Virus record (IMG/VR): IMGVR_UViG_3300009071_002060
Span: 1 to 64,000 of that record
From: an uncultured virus (IMG/VR IMGVR_UViG_3300009071_002060)
Taxonomy: Duplodnaviria > Heunggongvirae > Uroviricota > Caudoviricetes
Direction: 5' to 3' (one strand)
DNA: 64,000 nucleotides
Under the pieces are notes generated by a model. That model searched no databases and had not been told where the DNA came from. It saw only the letters and a list, made by a program, of their open reading frames with translations. The first letter of the stretch is position 1, and each line of letters opens with the position of its first letter. Positions 8,566 to 18,377 of this stretch are shown in pieces. The translations under genes were made by a program, and so were the position numbers.

Positions 8566-8594
8566 TTGACAATACCTTCTAGCTATAGTATAAT
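8566..8594 (+). promoter_or_regulatory. consensus sigma70 promoter, probably leaderless transcript
   Basis: TTGACA-17 nt-TATAAT, ATG only 6 nt downstream. Confidence 0.7.
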
Positions 8595-8600
8595 GGAAAC

Positions 8601-9737
8601 ATGATGCAAAAAGAATTAGAAAAGTTTGAGTCCGTTGAAGAGTACATTCTGTTTATTGCAGGATATCTCAAAAAGCCAAGCGATGAGAGCATGGCAATAC
8701 CTTCGTTTAGTATGCCCAACTCACCTATTAACTTAGCAAGGTACGATGTATCTGTGATTAGTAACTTTGCTCATCAGATACATGACAATATTGGCTTTAC
8801 ATCTAAGCAATGTAACTTGGCTGGAAAAATAATTGTTAAGTATCGCAGGCAAATGGCAAAGGTTGGTATTGATGTTGCTCCAGTTGCTAACGGTAATGTT
8901 GAAGTTAAATTGCCTATCAGAGATATTGATTATTCACGTAAGGTTTCGCTTGAACAAGATAGAATTAAAATACGTTTTCCGTTTGATCAAATGCTAGTTC
9001 AAAAACTAAGAACGTATGGCAAGAACGAGAGTCATGGTTCAGCAATTTGGGATCACGAAGCACGTTATTGGAATCTTGCACTGACAGAATTCAATGTAAT
9101 GTGGACTCAGGAGCAATTGGTTAGTGGTCATAACTTTGATGCTGACAAAGAGTTTGACAATGTATACAAGATTTGTAAACAAGCAGTAGGTAGTGTACCT
9201 AAACTTAAAATAGATGGAGATAAGATCTATATGGACAACTGTCCTGCTAGTTTGGAGAATTTTCTTATTGACAAACTGGGGGATTTCACATTAAATAACA
9301 TGGTAAAGTTGATTGATTATGCTGGTGTGTGTGGGTTTGATGTATCACAAAAACTACTTGATAAATGTACTACTAACGAACTACAGCCATACTTTCTCAA
9401 CCAAGAGATTGTAGTTAAAACACCTGAAGAAAAGGACGTTGAAAACCTATTAGAATATATTAAGATGTCAAACCGATTTCCTGTAGTAACATATTGTGTT
9501 GGACATGATCAAGCCTTATACAAAAGGCTTACTGAGCAGTTTAGCAAAACGGCAGTTATTGATATAAAGGAAGTTAAAGAGATTGACCATTTAAAAACTA
9601 TTCCTTTGTTGGTTACCAATACAGGGTTAGTTAGGTCAGGCACTACTAGACAACGGTTGTTTCAAATGGCAGAACGAATAGTGTTCTTTTATAAGGACAA
9701 TGAACCTGATTCAGTCTACGGTCGAAACTTATTTTAA
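8601..9737 (+). CDS. hypothetical protein upstream of the helicase
   Basis: 378 aa ORF; no motif I can name. Confidence 0.8.
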   Translation: MMQKELEKFESVEEYILFIAGYLKKPSDESMAIPSFSMPNSPINLARYDVSVISNFAHQIHDNIGFTSKQCNLAGKIIVKYRRQMAKVGIDVAPVANGNVEVKLPIRDIDYSRKVSLEQDRIKIRFPFDQMLVQKLRTYGKNESHGSAIWDHEARYWNLALTEFNVMWTQEQLVSGHNFDADKEFDNVYKICKQAVGSVPKLKIDGDKIYMDNCPASLENFLIDKLGDFTLNNMVKLIDYAGVCGFDVSQKLLDKCTTNELQPYFLNQEIVVKTPEEKDVENLLEYIKMSNRFPVVTYCVGHDQALYKRLTEQFSKTAVIDIKEVKEIDHLKTIPLLVTNTGLVRSGTTRQRLFQMAERIVFFYKDNEPDSVYGRNLF

Positions 9738-9751
9738 GGATTATGATATAA

Positions 9752-11203
9752 ATGCCAAGATGTGTACTACACGTTAAAGACGAAGTTAATGTTAAGTTAG
9801 AAGGATTAGAACTTACAGAAAGACGAAAACTTGCTAAGAAGTTTTCTTTTGAAGTGCCTGGTGCAAGGTATATGCCGGCAGTACGTCTTGGTAGGTGGGA
9901 TGGATGTGTAAGTTTCTTCCAACTTGGTGGTAGCACATATATCAACTTACTTGATCAAATCTTACCTGAGATAAGTCATTACGAAATTGAAATAGAAGAT
10001 CACAGAGACTACAATACTAAATTTGAGTTTGATGAAGTTTCAGAAACTACATACTCAGATAAAGCATGGCCAAAAGGACACCCAGTTGAAGGTGAACCTA
10101 TCCTATTAAGAGACTATCAAGTTGAACTTATCAATAATTTTCTTACCAACCCACAATGTATCCAAGAAGTAGCGACAGGTGCTGGTAAAACAATTATGAC
10201 GGCTTCATTGAGTCAGAGTGTAGAGCAGTATGGTAGAAGTATTGTAATTGTTCCTAACAAAAGTTTGGTAACACAAACAGAAGAAGACTATATTAATATG
10301 GGTTTAGATGTTGGTGTATACTTTGGTGATCGAAAAGAGTTTGATCATACACATACTATCTGCACATGGCAAAGTCTAAATATTTTAATGAAGAATACTC
10401 GTAACGATACTGCTAACATCACGATACAAGAGTTCATTGAAGGTGTAGTTTGTGTTATTGTTGATGAAGTACACATGGCAAAAGCAGATGCATTAAAAAC
10501 TCTGCTAACAGGTGTTATGTCGCGAGTGCCAATTCGGTGGGGTTTAACAGGTACAGTACCAAAAGAAATGTATGAACAAGTAAGTTTGTTCTGTAGCATT
10601 GGTACCGTAATCGGAAAACTAAGTGCTAGTGAGTTACAAGAAGCTGGACACTTAGCACAATGCAAAGTAAATGTGGTACAGTTAATGGATCACAGCGAAT
10701 ATAACAACTATCAAAGTGAGCTTAAATATCTATTAGAACAACCTGACAGACTTGATTATATTGCAAGTGTAATTGACAAGGTCAAAGAAAGTGGAAATAC
10801 TTTCGTATTAGTGGACAGAATAAATGCAGGAAAAGAACTTGAGAAAAGGATTCCGTCTGCCGTATTTGTTAGCGGTGGAACGAAAGCAAAAGAACGTAAG
10901 GACCATTATGACGAGGTGGCTGATGCAACTAATAAAGTTATTATTGCTACTTACGGTGTTGCCGCTGTTGGCATTAATATCCCTCGTATATTCAATTTGG
11001 TATTACTTGAACCGGGTAAGAGTTTTGTTAGGGTAATACAGAGTATTGGTAGAGGAATTAGAAAAGCAGAAGACAAGGACCATGTTGAGATATGGGATAT
11101 CACAAGTACATGTAAATTTGCTAAACGTCATTTAACAAAACGTAAACAGTTTTATCGTGAAGCCAACTACCCCTTTCAAATCGAAAAGGTAGAATGGAAA
11201 TGA
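9752..11203 (+). CDS. uvsW: SF2 DNA helicase (UvsW-like)
   Basis: LRDYQ Q-motif, ATGAGKT, DEVH, GLTGT, QSIGRGIR; N-terminal GRWDG as in UvsW. Confidence 0.85.
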   Translation: MPRCVLHVKDEVNVKLEGLELTERRKLAKKFSFEVPGARYMPAVRLGRWDGCVSFFQLGGSTYINLLDQILPEISHYEIEIEDHRDYNTKFEFDEVSETTYSDKAWPKGHPVEGEPILLRDYQVELINNFLTNPQCIQEVATGAGKTIMTASLSQSVEQYGRSIVIVPNKSLVTQTEEDYINMGLDVGVYFGDRKEFDHTHTICTWQSLNILMKNTRNDTANITIQEFIEGVVCVIVDEVHMAKADALKTLLTGVMSRVPIRWGLTGTVPKEMYEQVSLFCSIGTVIGKLSASELQEAGHLAQCKVNVVQLMDHSEYNNYQSELKYLLEQPDRLDYIASVIDKVKESGNTFVLVDRINAGKELEKRIPSAVFVSGGTKAKERKDHYDEVADATNKVIIATYGVAAVGINIPRIFNLVLLEPGKSFVRVIQSIGRGIRKAEDKDHVEIWDITSTCKFAKRHLTKRKQFYREANYPFQIEKVEWK

Positions 11204-12108
11204 TAAACTGGAACGAGGATGATGGTGTATTCTTGCCTATGTTAAACGATAAAGGTAGGAATCTATTCTATCAAGATGCACTAGCATTAAAAGCACCAGG
11301 CAAAACAGTTGTAGACATTGGAGCAGGAACAGGCTTTTTAAGTGTATTAGCAATGCGAGCCGGTGCTAAGAATGTGATTGCAGTTGAACAAGACTTTGAA
11401 CGTTATAATCTTGCAAAACAAATTATACACGAATGTGGCTTGTCAAAAGATGTAGAACTTGTACATGGTGATTGGCTTGAACAAAATATTACAGGCGACA
11501 TATATGTAAGTGAAACAATTGATACACATATATGGAATGAGAACATACTACTCATAAGCGAACATGCAATACGTAATGGTGGAGAATTTATTCCTGGCAG
11601 GTTTGAGTACAGGTTTAAGATATATACCAACCATCCTTTATTTTCAGTATGTCAAAGCGAAAGTGAAGCATTTGATTTTCAGCCAGACATTGAAGTAGAC
11701 AGTGCATACGAACAAGCAATATCTCAAAAAGCACGAGACGAAACACGATTGTATGTAGCCAACCCAATCTTTAACCTGTTTCAGGCTGTTAAGCAGTATC
11801 CAACAGATATGGAACCAGTAATTGGTTGCTTTGAACAGTTACATGTATCAGACTGGTACAAAGTTGATTTAAACGTTGGCGGGCATTCAAACTATTCACA
11901 GTTTCAACACAAATTTAACCTAATGGACTTGCCCAAACGTCATGGTTATTGTATACTAGTAGAGTGGCAAGCAAAAACAGAAGGTATTACAATGGAACTA
12001 TGGGACACTATCTTTGGAACACTGAGCAAAGTAATACCCGAAGGAACTAGCAAAATAGAAACGGGTTACGATTCGTTAATAAAGAAATGGATATTTAAAT
12101 ATGAGTAA
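11200..12108 (+). CDS. class I SAM-dependent methyltransferase, PRMT-like
   Basis: MLNDxxRxxxY, VVDIGAGTGFLSVLAMRAGAKNVIAVE, DIYVSE. Confidence 0.75.
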   Translation: MINWNEDDGVFLPMLNDKGRNLFYQDALALKAPGKTVVDIGAGTGFLSVLAMRAGAKNVIAVEQDFERYNLAKQIIHECGLSKDVELVHGDWLEQNITGDIYVSETIDTHIWNENILLISEHAIRNGGEFIPGRFEYRFKIYTNHPLFSVCQSESEAFDFQPDIEVDSAYEQAISQKARDETRLYVANPIFNLFQAVKQYPTDMEPVIGCFEQLHVSDWYKVDLNVGGHSNYSQFQHKFNLMDLPKRHGYCILVEWQAKTEGITMELWDTIFGTLSKVIPEGTSKIETGYDSLIKKWIFKYE

Positions 12109-12934
12109 ATTAATGGTATGTGGCTGTAGTTTTAGTGCTCCGGCTGGAGGTCCAGAGAGTCCGGAAAAATACGAAGCACTAGCAGGCACCGCATACGGAG
12201 AAGTACTTGCAAAAAAATTAAACTGGGACGTTGAAATACTGGCAAGACAGGGTTGCAGTAACGGAGGTATCCGAATACAGATTGATGAAGTGTTACGTCA
12301 ACGTCCAGACTTTGCTATTATTGCTCCTACGTTTCATGACAGAATGGAAATACCCGCAAGTGCCGCACCATTTGTTCCTCCTAAAAATGAGAACAAGGGT
12401 TGGAATAGTGACCTTCAACAACATCTACAAGAAGCACATTTAAATGGATACAATGTTGAAGCGGGAATTAACAATGTTAACTATGGTACCAATCCATACA
12501 CAATGATTTGTGAAACTATTTTTAGTCTAGCAGAGAATTATCCTCACCCATATAGAGCTGGACAAATCGACAAGTATACACAAAAGGCAGTAAAGCAGTA
12601 TATCAATCATATGTATGACAGTGAATGGAAATTGCAGATGGATCGCTGGATCATACGTGATGGTATCATGCAATTACATTATGCTAATATACCTTTTCTT
12701 CTTATTGCATGTAATATATGGACCAGCGAAACAGTAAGAGACGAATTCCCAGCAGTGATACCAGATCATTGTTTGACAATAAACTATAATGATACACCAG
12801 CATATGCTACAAATGAATGGCCGTTCCAAGATACCTTAGGTTTTGATCCGGGTTACCACGGTGATCCTAAAAGCCAAGAGTATCTTGCAGACGTATACCA
12901 TAAACTAATAACAAAGAAATGGAAATTAACATGA
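12101..12934 (+). CDS. SGNH/GDSL hydrolase-fold protein
   Basis: N-terminal GCSFS, GCSN block, C-terminal DPGYH. Confidence 0.55.
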   Translation: MSKLMVCGCSFSAPAGGPESPEKYEALAGTAYGEVLAKKLNWDVEILARQGCSNGGIRIQIDEVLRQRPDFAIIAPTFHDRMEIPASAAPFVPPKNENKGWNSDLQQHLQEAHLNGYNVEAGINNVNYGTNPYTMICETIFSLAENYPHPYRAGQIDKYTQKAVKQYINHMYDSEWKLQMDRWIIRDGIMQLHYANIPFLLIACNIWTSETVRDEFPAVIPDHCLTINYNDTPAYATNEWPFQDTLGFDPGYHGDPKSQEYLADVYHKLITKKWKLT

Positions 12935-13431
12935 GAATACTTACACTAGAAGATGAACATTTTGATATGACGGCGTTACCTGAAGAAGTAGATGACCTAC
13001 GTTTTTCAGTATTGGATAATAGTGATCCTAAGAATCCTGATTTCTTCTTTATTCCGTTGATATTTTTAGAGAGCTTTAATAGTTCTGCATTGGTATTGAC
13101 TATTGCTGGTAAGCAAATACAAATGCCAATGGATTGGCACATACTAATTGGTGAACCTGATATGGGAGACCTAGAAGTAATTCCTCTTACTAGCATTAAC
13201 GATAGAGGATTCAAAGCATTTTGTTTTAATTCATTAAGTTCATTTAGACCTGAGTTCGGAGATATTGAAATTGTAGATATCTACCAAGATGTTAAATGGT
13301 ATTTTCCTAAACTTAGACCAGGGCAACTGTTAGCAGTACCAATTGACACTGGTCCAAAGCCCAGGTGTGCATACTTTGTAAATGATATTAGTAGACTTAG
13401 CGAGGTAGTTGACTATGCAAAAATCTGGTAA
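12931..13431 (+). CDS. hypothetical protein, possible degenerate Hint fold
   Basis: ATGA-coupled ORF; beta-rich pattern reminiscent of Hint blocks. Confidence 0.75.
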   Translation: MRILTLEDEHFDMTALPEEVDDLRFSVLDNSDPKNPDFFFIPLIFLESFNSSALVLTIAGKQIQMPMDWHILIGEPDMGDLEVIPLTSINDRGFKAFCFNSLSSFRPEFGDIEIVDIYQDVKWYFPKLRPGQLLAVPIDTGPKPRCAYFVNDISRLSEVVDYAKIW

Positions 13432-13765
13432 TGATATTCATGTAACGATTGATAACATTGGTGGCAAGGTTATCAAAGACACGGAGAAATATGAGCTAAC
13501 TGACAATTCTCATTTAAATAACTTAGTACTAAGTAAAACTAGATTGAGAGCAAACCAATCAACAAATGGTCATCGACATAGCGGTCAGGAAGAAGTCTAC
13601 TATTTTATTGCAGGTGAAGGTAAAATGGAATTAGACTATAAAGAAATAAATGTAAAACCTGGCGACATTGTATTAATTGAAGATAATGTATTTCATAAGG
13701 TGCATAATACTGGTGATTATTATTTAGATTTTATTTGCGTATTTGAAGGAAGAAGGAAACATTAA
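13415..13765 (+). CDS. cupin domain protein
   Basis: HRHSGQEEVYYFIAGEG and PGDIVLIEDNVFHKVHNTG cupin motifs. Confidence 0.85.
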   Translation: MQKSGNDIHVTIDNIGGKVIKDTEKYELTDNSHLNNLVLSKTRLRANQSTNGHRHSGQEEVYYFIAGEGKMELDYKEINVKPGDIVLIEDNVFHKVHNTGDYYLDFICVFEGRRKH

Positions 13766-14304
13766 TGCAGGCACGACTAGCGGTCGCACACCCAGATGAT
13801 TGTTGCATCTTTGGTTGGCCGCTTATATATATGACTAGAAGAGTATGGCGCTGGTCCATTGTATACTTAACGTATAACGAAAGTGATCCACGAGCTCAAG
13901 AAGCGACAGCCTTCTGGTATAAACACAAAGTCTTAACTGAATTCTTAGGTTTTGAAGACCATTATAGAGATCTTGAACAAGGGTTTATTAGCACATTTAA
14001 CGAAGAAGAAGCATCACAAGCATTACAAGAAAATCTTAAAGACGTTGATTTAATTGTTACTCATGGTGCCGAAGGAGAGTACGGACATATACATCATAAG
14101 TTTGTTCACAATGTAGTAAATCTTATGCCTCAACCTAAGATTTATTTCTCTCCAAAAGAAACTAGCAATGCTGGAGTGACAGCTCCTACTTTTAGTTTGA
14201 ACGATTGGCCATTGCACCGCGAAGTAATTGAAGGATTTAAGGATAGAGAACATGGGTATTATTGGGTCACAGAAGAAGCTAAACGCCGACAGCTTTATAT
14301 ATGA
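13765..14304 (+). CDS. PIG-L/LmbE family deacetylase
   Basis: VAHPDD, then THG..GEYGHIHH. Confidence 0.75.
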   Translation: MQARLAVAHPDDCCIFGWPLIYMTRRVWRWSIVYLTYNESDPRAQEATAFWYKHKVLTEFLGFEDHYRDLEQGFISTFNEEEASQALQENLKDVDLIVTHGAEGEYGHIHHKFVHNVVNLMPQPKIYFSPKETSNAGVTAPTFSLNDWPLHREVIEGFKDREHGYYWVTEEAKRRQLYI

Positions 14305-14545
14305 AAGCCCAGATGGTGGCAAGACTGTTTACACAAGACGGTTTGGAGATCCGGTAACTAAAAGGACTCTTGTTATTGGAAAAGAAAGACTGGAGTCTGT
14401 GTGCAGACAAGAACAAGAAGAAAAAGAAATGATACAGGATATTTTGGTAAAATCAAAATCAAATAAGGCCTTGCAAAATGCACTAGACCATGTTAAACTA
14501 ATTTATAATATAGTAAAAGAAAGCACAGATAAAAATGGCAAATGA
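14252..14545 (+). CDS. hypothetical phage protein
   Basis: ORF containing IYESPDGGKTVY; start uncertain. Confidence 0.6.
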   Translation: MGIIGSQKKLNADSFIYESPDGGKTVYTRRFGDPVTKRTLVIGKERLESVCRQEQEEKEMIQDILVKSKSNKALQNALDHVKLIYNIVKESTDKNGK

Positions 14546-14708
14546 ACCAGGTGCAAATGAACGTATAGGAATCGAAGTCCCAGGCGGTGTAAAACTTGAT
14601 GTTGACACCGGAAATAATGCATTAGATATTGTAGTTGTAATTGGCATTATAGTCATTGCAAGTTTTTTATATGTTGCTAAGAAATGGGTTGATCGGAAAA
14701 TGAAGTGA
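14535..14708 (+). CDS. small membrane protein (57 aa)
   Basis: MANEPGANERIG...IVVVIGIIVIASFLYVAKKWVDRKMK*; one transmembrane helix with a basic tail; fills the gap. Confidence 0.6.
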   Translation: MANEPGANERIGIEVPGGVKLDVDTGNNALDIVVVIGIIVIASFLYVAKKWVDRKMK

Positions 14709-14711
14709 AAG

Positions 14712-15218
14712 ATGGCCACAGAAAAGATGATTACGCTGGCAGGAAAGACGAAGATGGATAAACTGAACATACGCAACGAAATGTCTGCATTGGATCACAA
14801 ACAACGTGACTACTATGATAGCATGACAGATGATGAAAAGAAAAAGTTTGCGGCTTTTCTTATGATACGTTGGGGAAGTGCAGTTACAGGAGATACAATA
14901 CTACAACAGTATTATCTTGCAAGTTGTAATCAACGACTTAATAAAAACTTCTTTGACATTAGTGCGAGCAAACATAAGAAATTTTTGTGGCTGTTAGCAA
15001 CTACAATCAGTCCAGGAATGGGCAATCATTATCACAAATGGATTTCACCTAAGAAGAAAACAAACAACAATAAAGCAGTAAAGTTTTTAAAACAAATGTT
15101 TCCAAACCTCGACGAAACTGATATAGAGATATTGGCAAAAATCAATGATAAACGAGATCTTAAGGACTTGGCAAGACGGCATGGCTGGGATGACAAGCGA
15201 ATCAAAGCCGAGCTATAA
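14712..15218 (+). CDS. clamp-loader small subunit-like (T4 gp62-like)
   Basis: YYDSMTDDEKKKFAAFLMIRW ... N..F ... HKWI pattern like gp62-type proteins; may start at ATG 14754. Confidence 0.5.
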   Translation: MATEKMITLAGKTKMDKLNIRNEMSALDHKQRDYYDSMTDDEKKKFAAFLMIRWGSAVTGDTILQQYYLASCNQRLNKNFFDISASKHKKFLWLLATTISPGMGNHYHKWISPKKKTNNNKAVKFLKQMFPNLDETDIEILAKINDKRDLKDLARRHGWDDKRIKAEL

Positions 15219-15885
15219 GTGTCAATATTGCGGTAAATCATATCGCAAAGAAAGCACACTTGCCGCTCATTTATGTGAGCCTAAACGTAGGTATCAACAA
15301 GAAAAGGAAGTTGGTGTACAACTTGGCTTCCAAGCATATCTGCGATTCTATGAACTTAGTCAAGGTAGTGCAAAATTAAAGACATACAAAGACTGTGTTG
15401 AAAGTCCATACTACAGTGCCTTTATTAAGTTTGGCAGGCATTCACAGGCTGTTCGTTGTGTTAACTTTAAAAGTTTCACAGACTGGTTGTTAAAAAACAA
15501 TAAAAAATTAGATCACTGGACCAAAGAAGATTTATATCTTGAATGGTTATATCAGTATATGCGTAATGAAGGTGTTAGCGATGCACTTGAAAGAAGTATG
15601 CTGGAAATACAGAAATACTGTGACGAAACGGATAAGTTACAGTTTGTTGATTATTTCCGTTATGGAAATGAAAACAGAATCTGTCATCATATAAGTAATG
15701 GCAGAGTAAGTCCGTGGATCGTGTTCAATTGCGATAGTGGTGTATCGTTTTTGGAAAAACTTAACGAAGAACAACTAGGAATCATCTTGCCGTGGATTGA
15801 TCCTGATTATTGGCAGAAAAAGTTTAAAGATTATGTTGCTGATAGAGAATGGGTCAAAGACATACTTAACAAGGGAGGGTTTTAA
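15145..15885 (+). CDS. zinc-finger-containing hypothetical protein
   Basis: YKCQYCGKSYRKESTLAAHLC; real start probably 15181 or 15190. Confidence 0.75.
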   Translation: MINEILRTWQDGMAGMTSESKPSYKCQYCGKSYRKESTLAAHLCEPKRRYQQEKEVGVQLGFQAYLRFYELSQGSAKLKTYKDCVESPYYSAFIKFGRHSQAVRCVNFKSFTDWLLKNNKKLDHWTKEDLYLEWLYQYMRNEGVSDALERSMLEIQKYCDETDKLQFVDYFRYGNENRICHHISNGRVSPWIVFNCDSGVSFLEKLNEEQLGIILPWIDPDYWQKKFKDYVADREWVKDILNKGGF

Positions 15886-15918
15886 AATGTTCAATCAACT
15901 AGCCTGGAAGGATACGTT

Positions 15919-16878
15919 TTGAAAATGAAAATCATAGCAGGAAACAGTAATAGAGATCTCGCCGAGCTTATTTCGGAACACTGTTTTGCCGCACTTGTGT
16001 CAGCAGATATTAAAACTTTTGCTGACGGTGAAAGCAGTGTGGAGTTTTTAGAAAACATCAGAGGTGAAGATGTTTTTATTATACAATCAACTAGTACTCC
16101 AGTTAACAATCATTTGATGGAGTTACTTATTATGGTTGATGCGGCCAAACGAAGTAGTGCCAGACGTATTACCGCAGTTATGCCATACTTTGGTTATGCA
16201 CGCCAGGATCGTAAGAGTGCAAGTCGTACGCCAATTACTGCAAAACTAGTTGCTAACTTGTTAACCCAAGCAGGCGCAGATAGAATCTTAACAATGGATC
16301 TACATGCAGGACAAATACAAGGATTCTTTGATATTCCAGTTGATGACCTAACAAGTCGTTTAGTGTTCGCAAAAGATATTAAACGTAGCATTGAAGGGTT
16401 TTACGAGACTGAAATTGAGAACCAACCACAAACAGTATTTGTAAGTCCAGATGCTGGAGGTACAGTACGAGCAAGAAAATTTGCTGATATGTTTGGCGGA
16501 GATATTGCTATTGTTGACAAACGTCGACCACGAGCAGGACAAAGTGAAGTAATGAACCTAATAGGTGAAGTTAAAGATAAACATGCAATCCTAGTAGACG
16601 ATATTGTAGATAGCGGAGGAACATTATGTCATGCCGCACAAGCAATTATGGATCAAGGTGCATTGAGCGTTCGTGCTTATATTACACACGGAGTACTGTC
16701 AGGCGAAGCAGTAAAAAGAATTGAAAAAAGTGTATTGTCCGAACTAGTAGTTACGGATAGTATCAACTCACGAGATATAACTAAGTTAAAGAAGGTACGT
16801 GAAGTATCTGTTGGAACATTATTTGGCGAAGCAATTCGTCGAGTAGCAAACGAAGAATCAGTGAGCTCGTTATTTTAA
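15919..16878 (+). CDS. prs: ribose-phosphate pyrophosphokinase
   Basis: [45 protein letters not shown]. Confidence 0.95.
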   Translation: MKMKIIAGNSNRDLAELISEHCFAALVSADIKTFADGESSVEFLENIRGEDVFIIQSTSTPVNNHLMELLIMVDAAKRSSARRITAVMPYFGYARQDRKSASRTPITAKLVANLLTQAGADRILTMDLHAGQIQGFFDIPVDDLTSRLVFAKDIKRSIEGFYETEIENQPQTVFVSPDAGGTVRARKFADMFGGDIAIVDKRRPRAGQSEVMNLIGEVKDKHAILVDDIVDSGGTLCHAAQAIMDQGALSVRAYITHGVLSGEAVKRIEKSVLSELVVTDSINSRDITKLKKVREVSVGTLFGEAIRRVANEESVSSLF

Positions 16879-17456
16879 TGCAATTTAAAAGTGATATTGA
16901 TATAGACTTTGGTGATCGTACACAAGTACTTGATTTATTAAGTCCTGTCCCAGCAAGTATCAAACGTGACGATGGTTTGGTTAAGCACAATACTGGAGTA
17001 TATTTTCAACGTGTTCCTGTAGATCCTTACACAGGTTTATGTAGCATTGACCACAAAGAAAGTGAAGATAGAGGATACATCAAACTTGACTTACTAAATG
17101 TTAACGTTTATAAACAAGTTAAGAATGAAGAACATTTAAAACAGTTGTTAGAAAAAGAACCTGAATGGGATAGGCTTTATGATAAATCATTCTGTGAGCA
17201 GTTAATTCACATCAATGATCATTATGAAACTCTAGTACGTATGCCTGAAGCAGTTAATACTATTCCAAGACTTGCAATGTTCTTAGCAGTTATACGTCCT
17301 GGAAAACGTGCATTGATAGGACAAAGATGGAAAGAAGTTGCAAAAACCGTTTGGGAAAAGCCCGCCGACGAGACCTATTATTTTAAGAAGTCGCATAGTG
17401 TAGCATATGCAAACCTAGTAGTAGTTCATATGAACTTAATCAGTCTTTCGAACTAA
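16878..17456 (+). CDS. dnaE: minimal DNA polymerase III alpha (family C) catalytic fragment
   Basis: DIDIDF, KHNTGVY, GYIKLDLL, IRPG and FKKSHSVAYA in DnaE order within 192 aa. Confidence 0.8.
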   Translation: MQFKSDIDIDFGDRTQVLDLLSPVPASIKRDDGLVKHNTGVYFQRVPVDPYTGLCSIDHKESEDRGYIKLDLLNVNVYKQVKNEEHLKQLLEKEPEWDRLYDKSFCEQLIHINDHYETLVRMPEAVNTIPRLAMFLAVIRPGKRALIGQRWKEVAKTVWEKPADETYYFKKSHSVAYANLVVVHMNLISLSN

Positions 17457-17816
17457 CGTAATACTACGTCTTTTGCTACGCCTAGCACCTAGTTGTTTTA
17501 GGCTAGTACTTGGACCAAATCTTATATCTACATCCTTGCTATTAAATGTGGATCTGCATGTTTGGAATTGGAACCAATCGTGTTTTAAAAACACATTGAT
17601 TGGAATTAATCTATTAGATTCCCACCACCATACGTCGGCTAAGTCCAAGAAACTCATCTTCTCTTCTTTTGATTTTAATTTACTATAATCATAGATCGTA
17701 GTAATTTGTTCATCGCTATTCTGGATTATACCGATATATTCAACTCCACCGTATACTAGGTAGGTTAAAAATGGGTACTGCTCAAGTAGCTCTGTTATCT
17801 GTTCTTCAGTGTACAA
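17436..17816 (-). CDS. hypothetical protein
   Basis: 126 aa ORF; perfect TATAAATA on the minus strand upstream (17878-17885). Confidence 0.75.
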   Translation of the reverse strand: MYTEEQITELLEQYPFLTYLVYGGVEYIGIIQNSDEQITTIYDYSKLKSKEEKMSFLDLADVWWWESNRLIPINVFLKHDWFQFQTCRSTFNSKDVDIRFGPSTSLKQLGARRSKRRSITLVRKTD

Positions 17817-17856
17817 GTGTCAACTTCAATAAATAATGTTAATAAGGATCGCCTAC

Positions 17857-18306
17857 ATGACGCAGACAATACTCAGTTATTTATATACGCCAATTATTCG
17901 GATGCAAATTCTGGACGGTACGGTAACCAATCGGGAGGAAAGAAGAGTGTTTAACAATACAATCCAACTGTACAAAGGTACTGATAATCCTGTACAGATA
18001 AAATTTTTAAATCAGGATCAAAAAAAGCTAGATGTAACTAACTATACATTTGTTGCTAAAGTTATGGAAGGACAAGAAGGTTTTTCATTCTTAACTCCAA
18101 CTATTACTATAACTGATGCTACAAATGGAAAAGGAACTGTTACGTTTACAGAAGAAGATTTAGCATCACTTGATGCGGCACGTTATACATTGGCAATCAA
18201 AGGTACCAAGTCTTCAGTTGAAGCACCGGCTTATGCGGATGACCACTATACGTTAGGTATCACTGTGCATGTTAATCCAGGCTTTTTAGCTGATAAACCA
18301 TCGTAA
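17857..18306 (+). CDS. hypothetical, possible BppU-N/Ig-like structural domain
   Basis: beta-rich, ITDATNGKGTVTFT motif; AAGGA SD; TAAATA upstream. Confidence 0.6.
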   Translation: MTQTILSYLYTPIIRMQILDGTVTNREERRVFNNTIQLYKGTDNPVQIKFLNQDQKKLDVTNYTFVAKVMEGQEGFSFLTPTITITDATNGKGTVTFTEEDLASLDAARYTLAIKGTKSSVEAPAYADDHYTLGITVHVNPGFLADKPS

Positions 18307-18377
18307 ACTACTTTATTTTCTGAGGACTTGGTATTTGCTTAAATATCAAGCAATCCCTTTTGTTACAAGGAACCTCT

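Noticed and set aside
16878..17456. mini-dnaE as a pseudogene
   Set aside because: Intact frame, translational coupling and selective retention of catalytic motifs argue against decay
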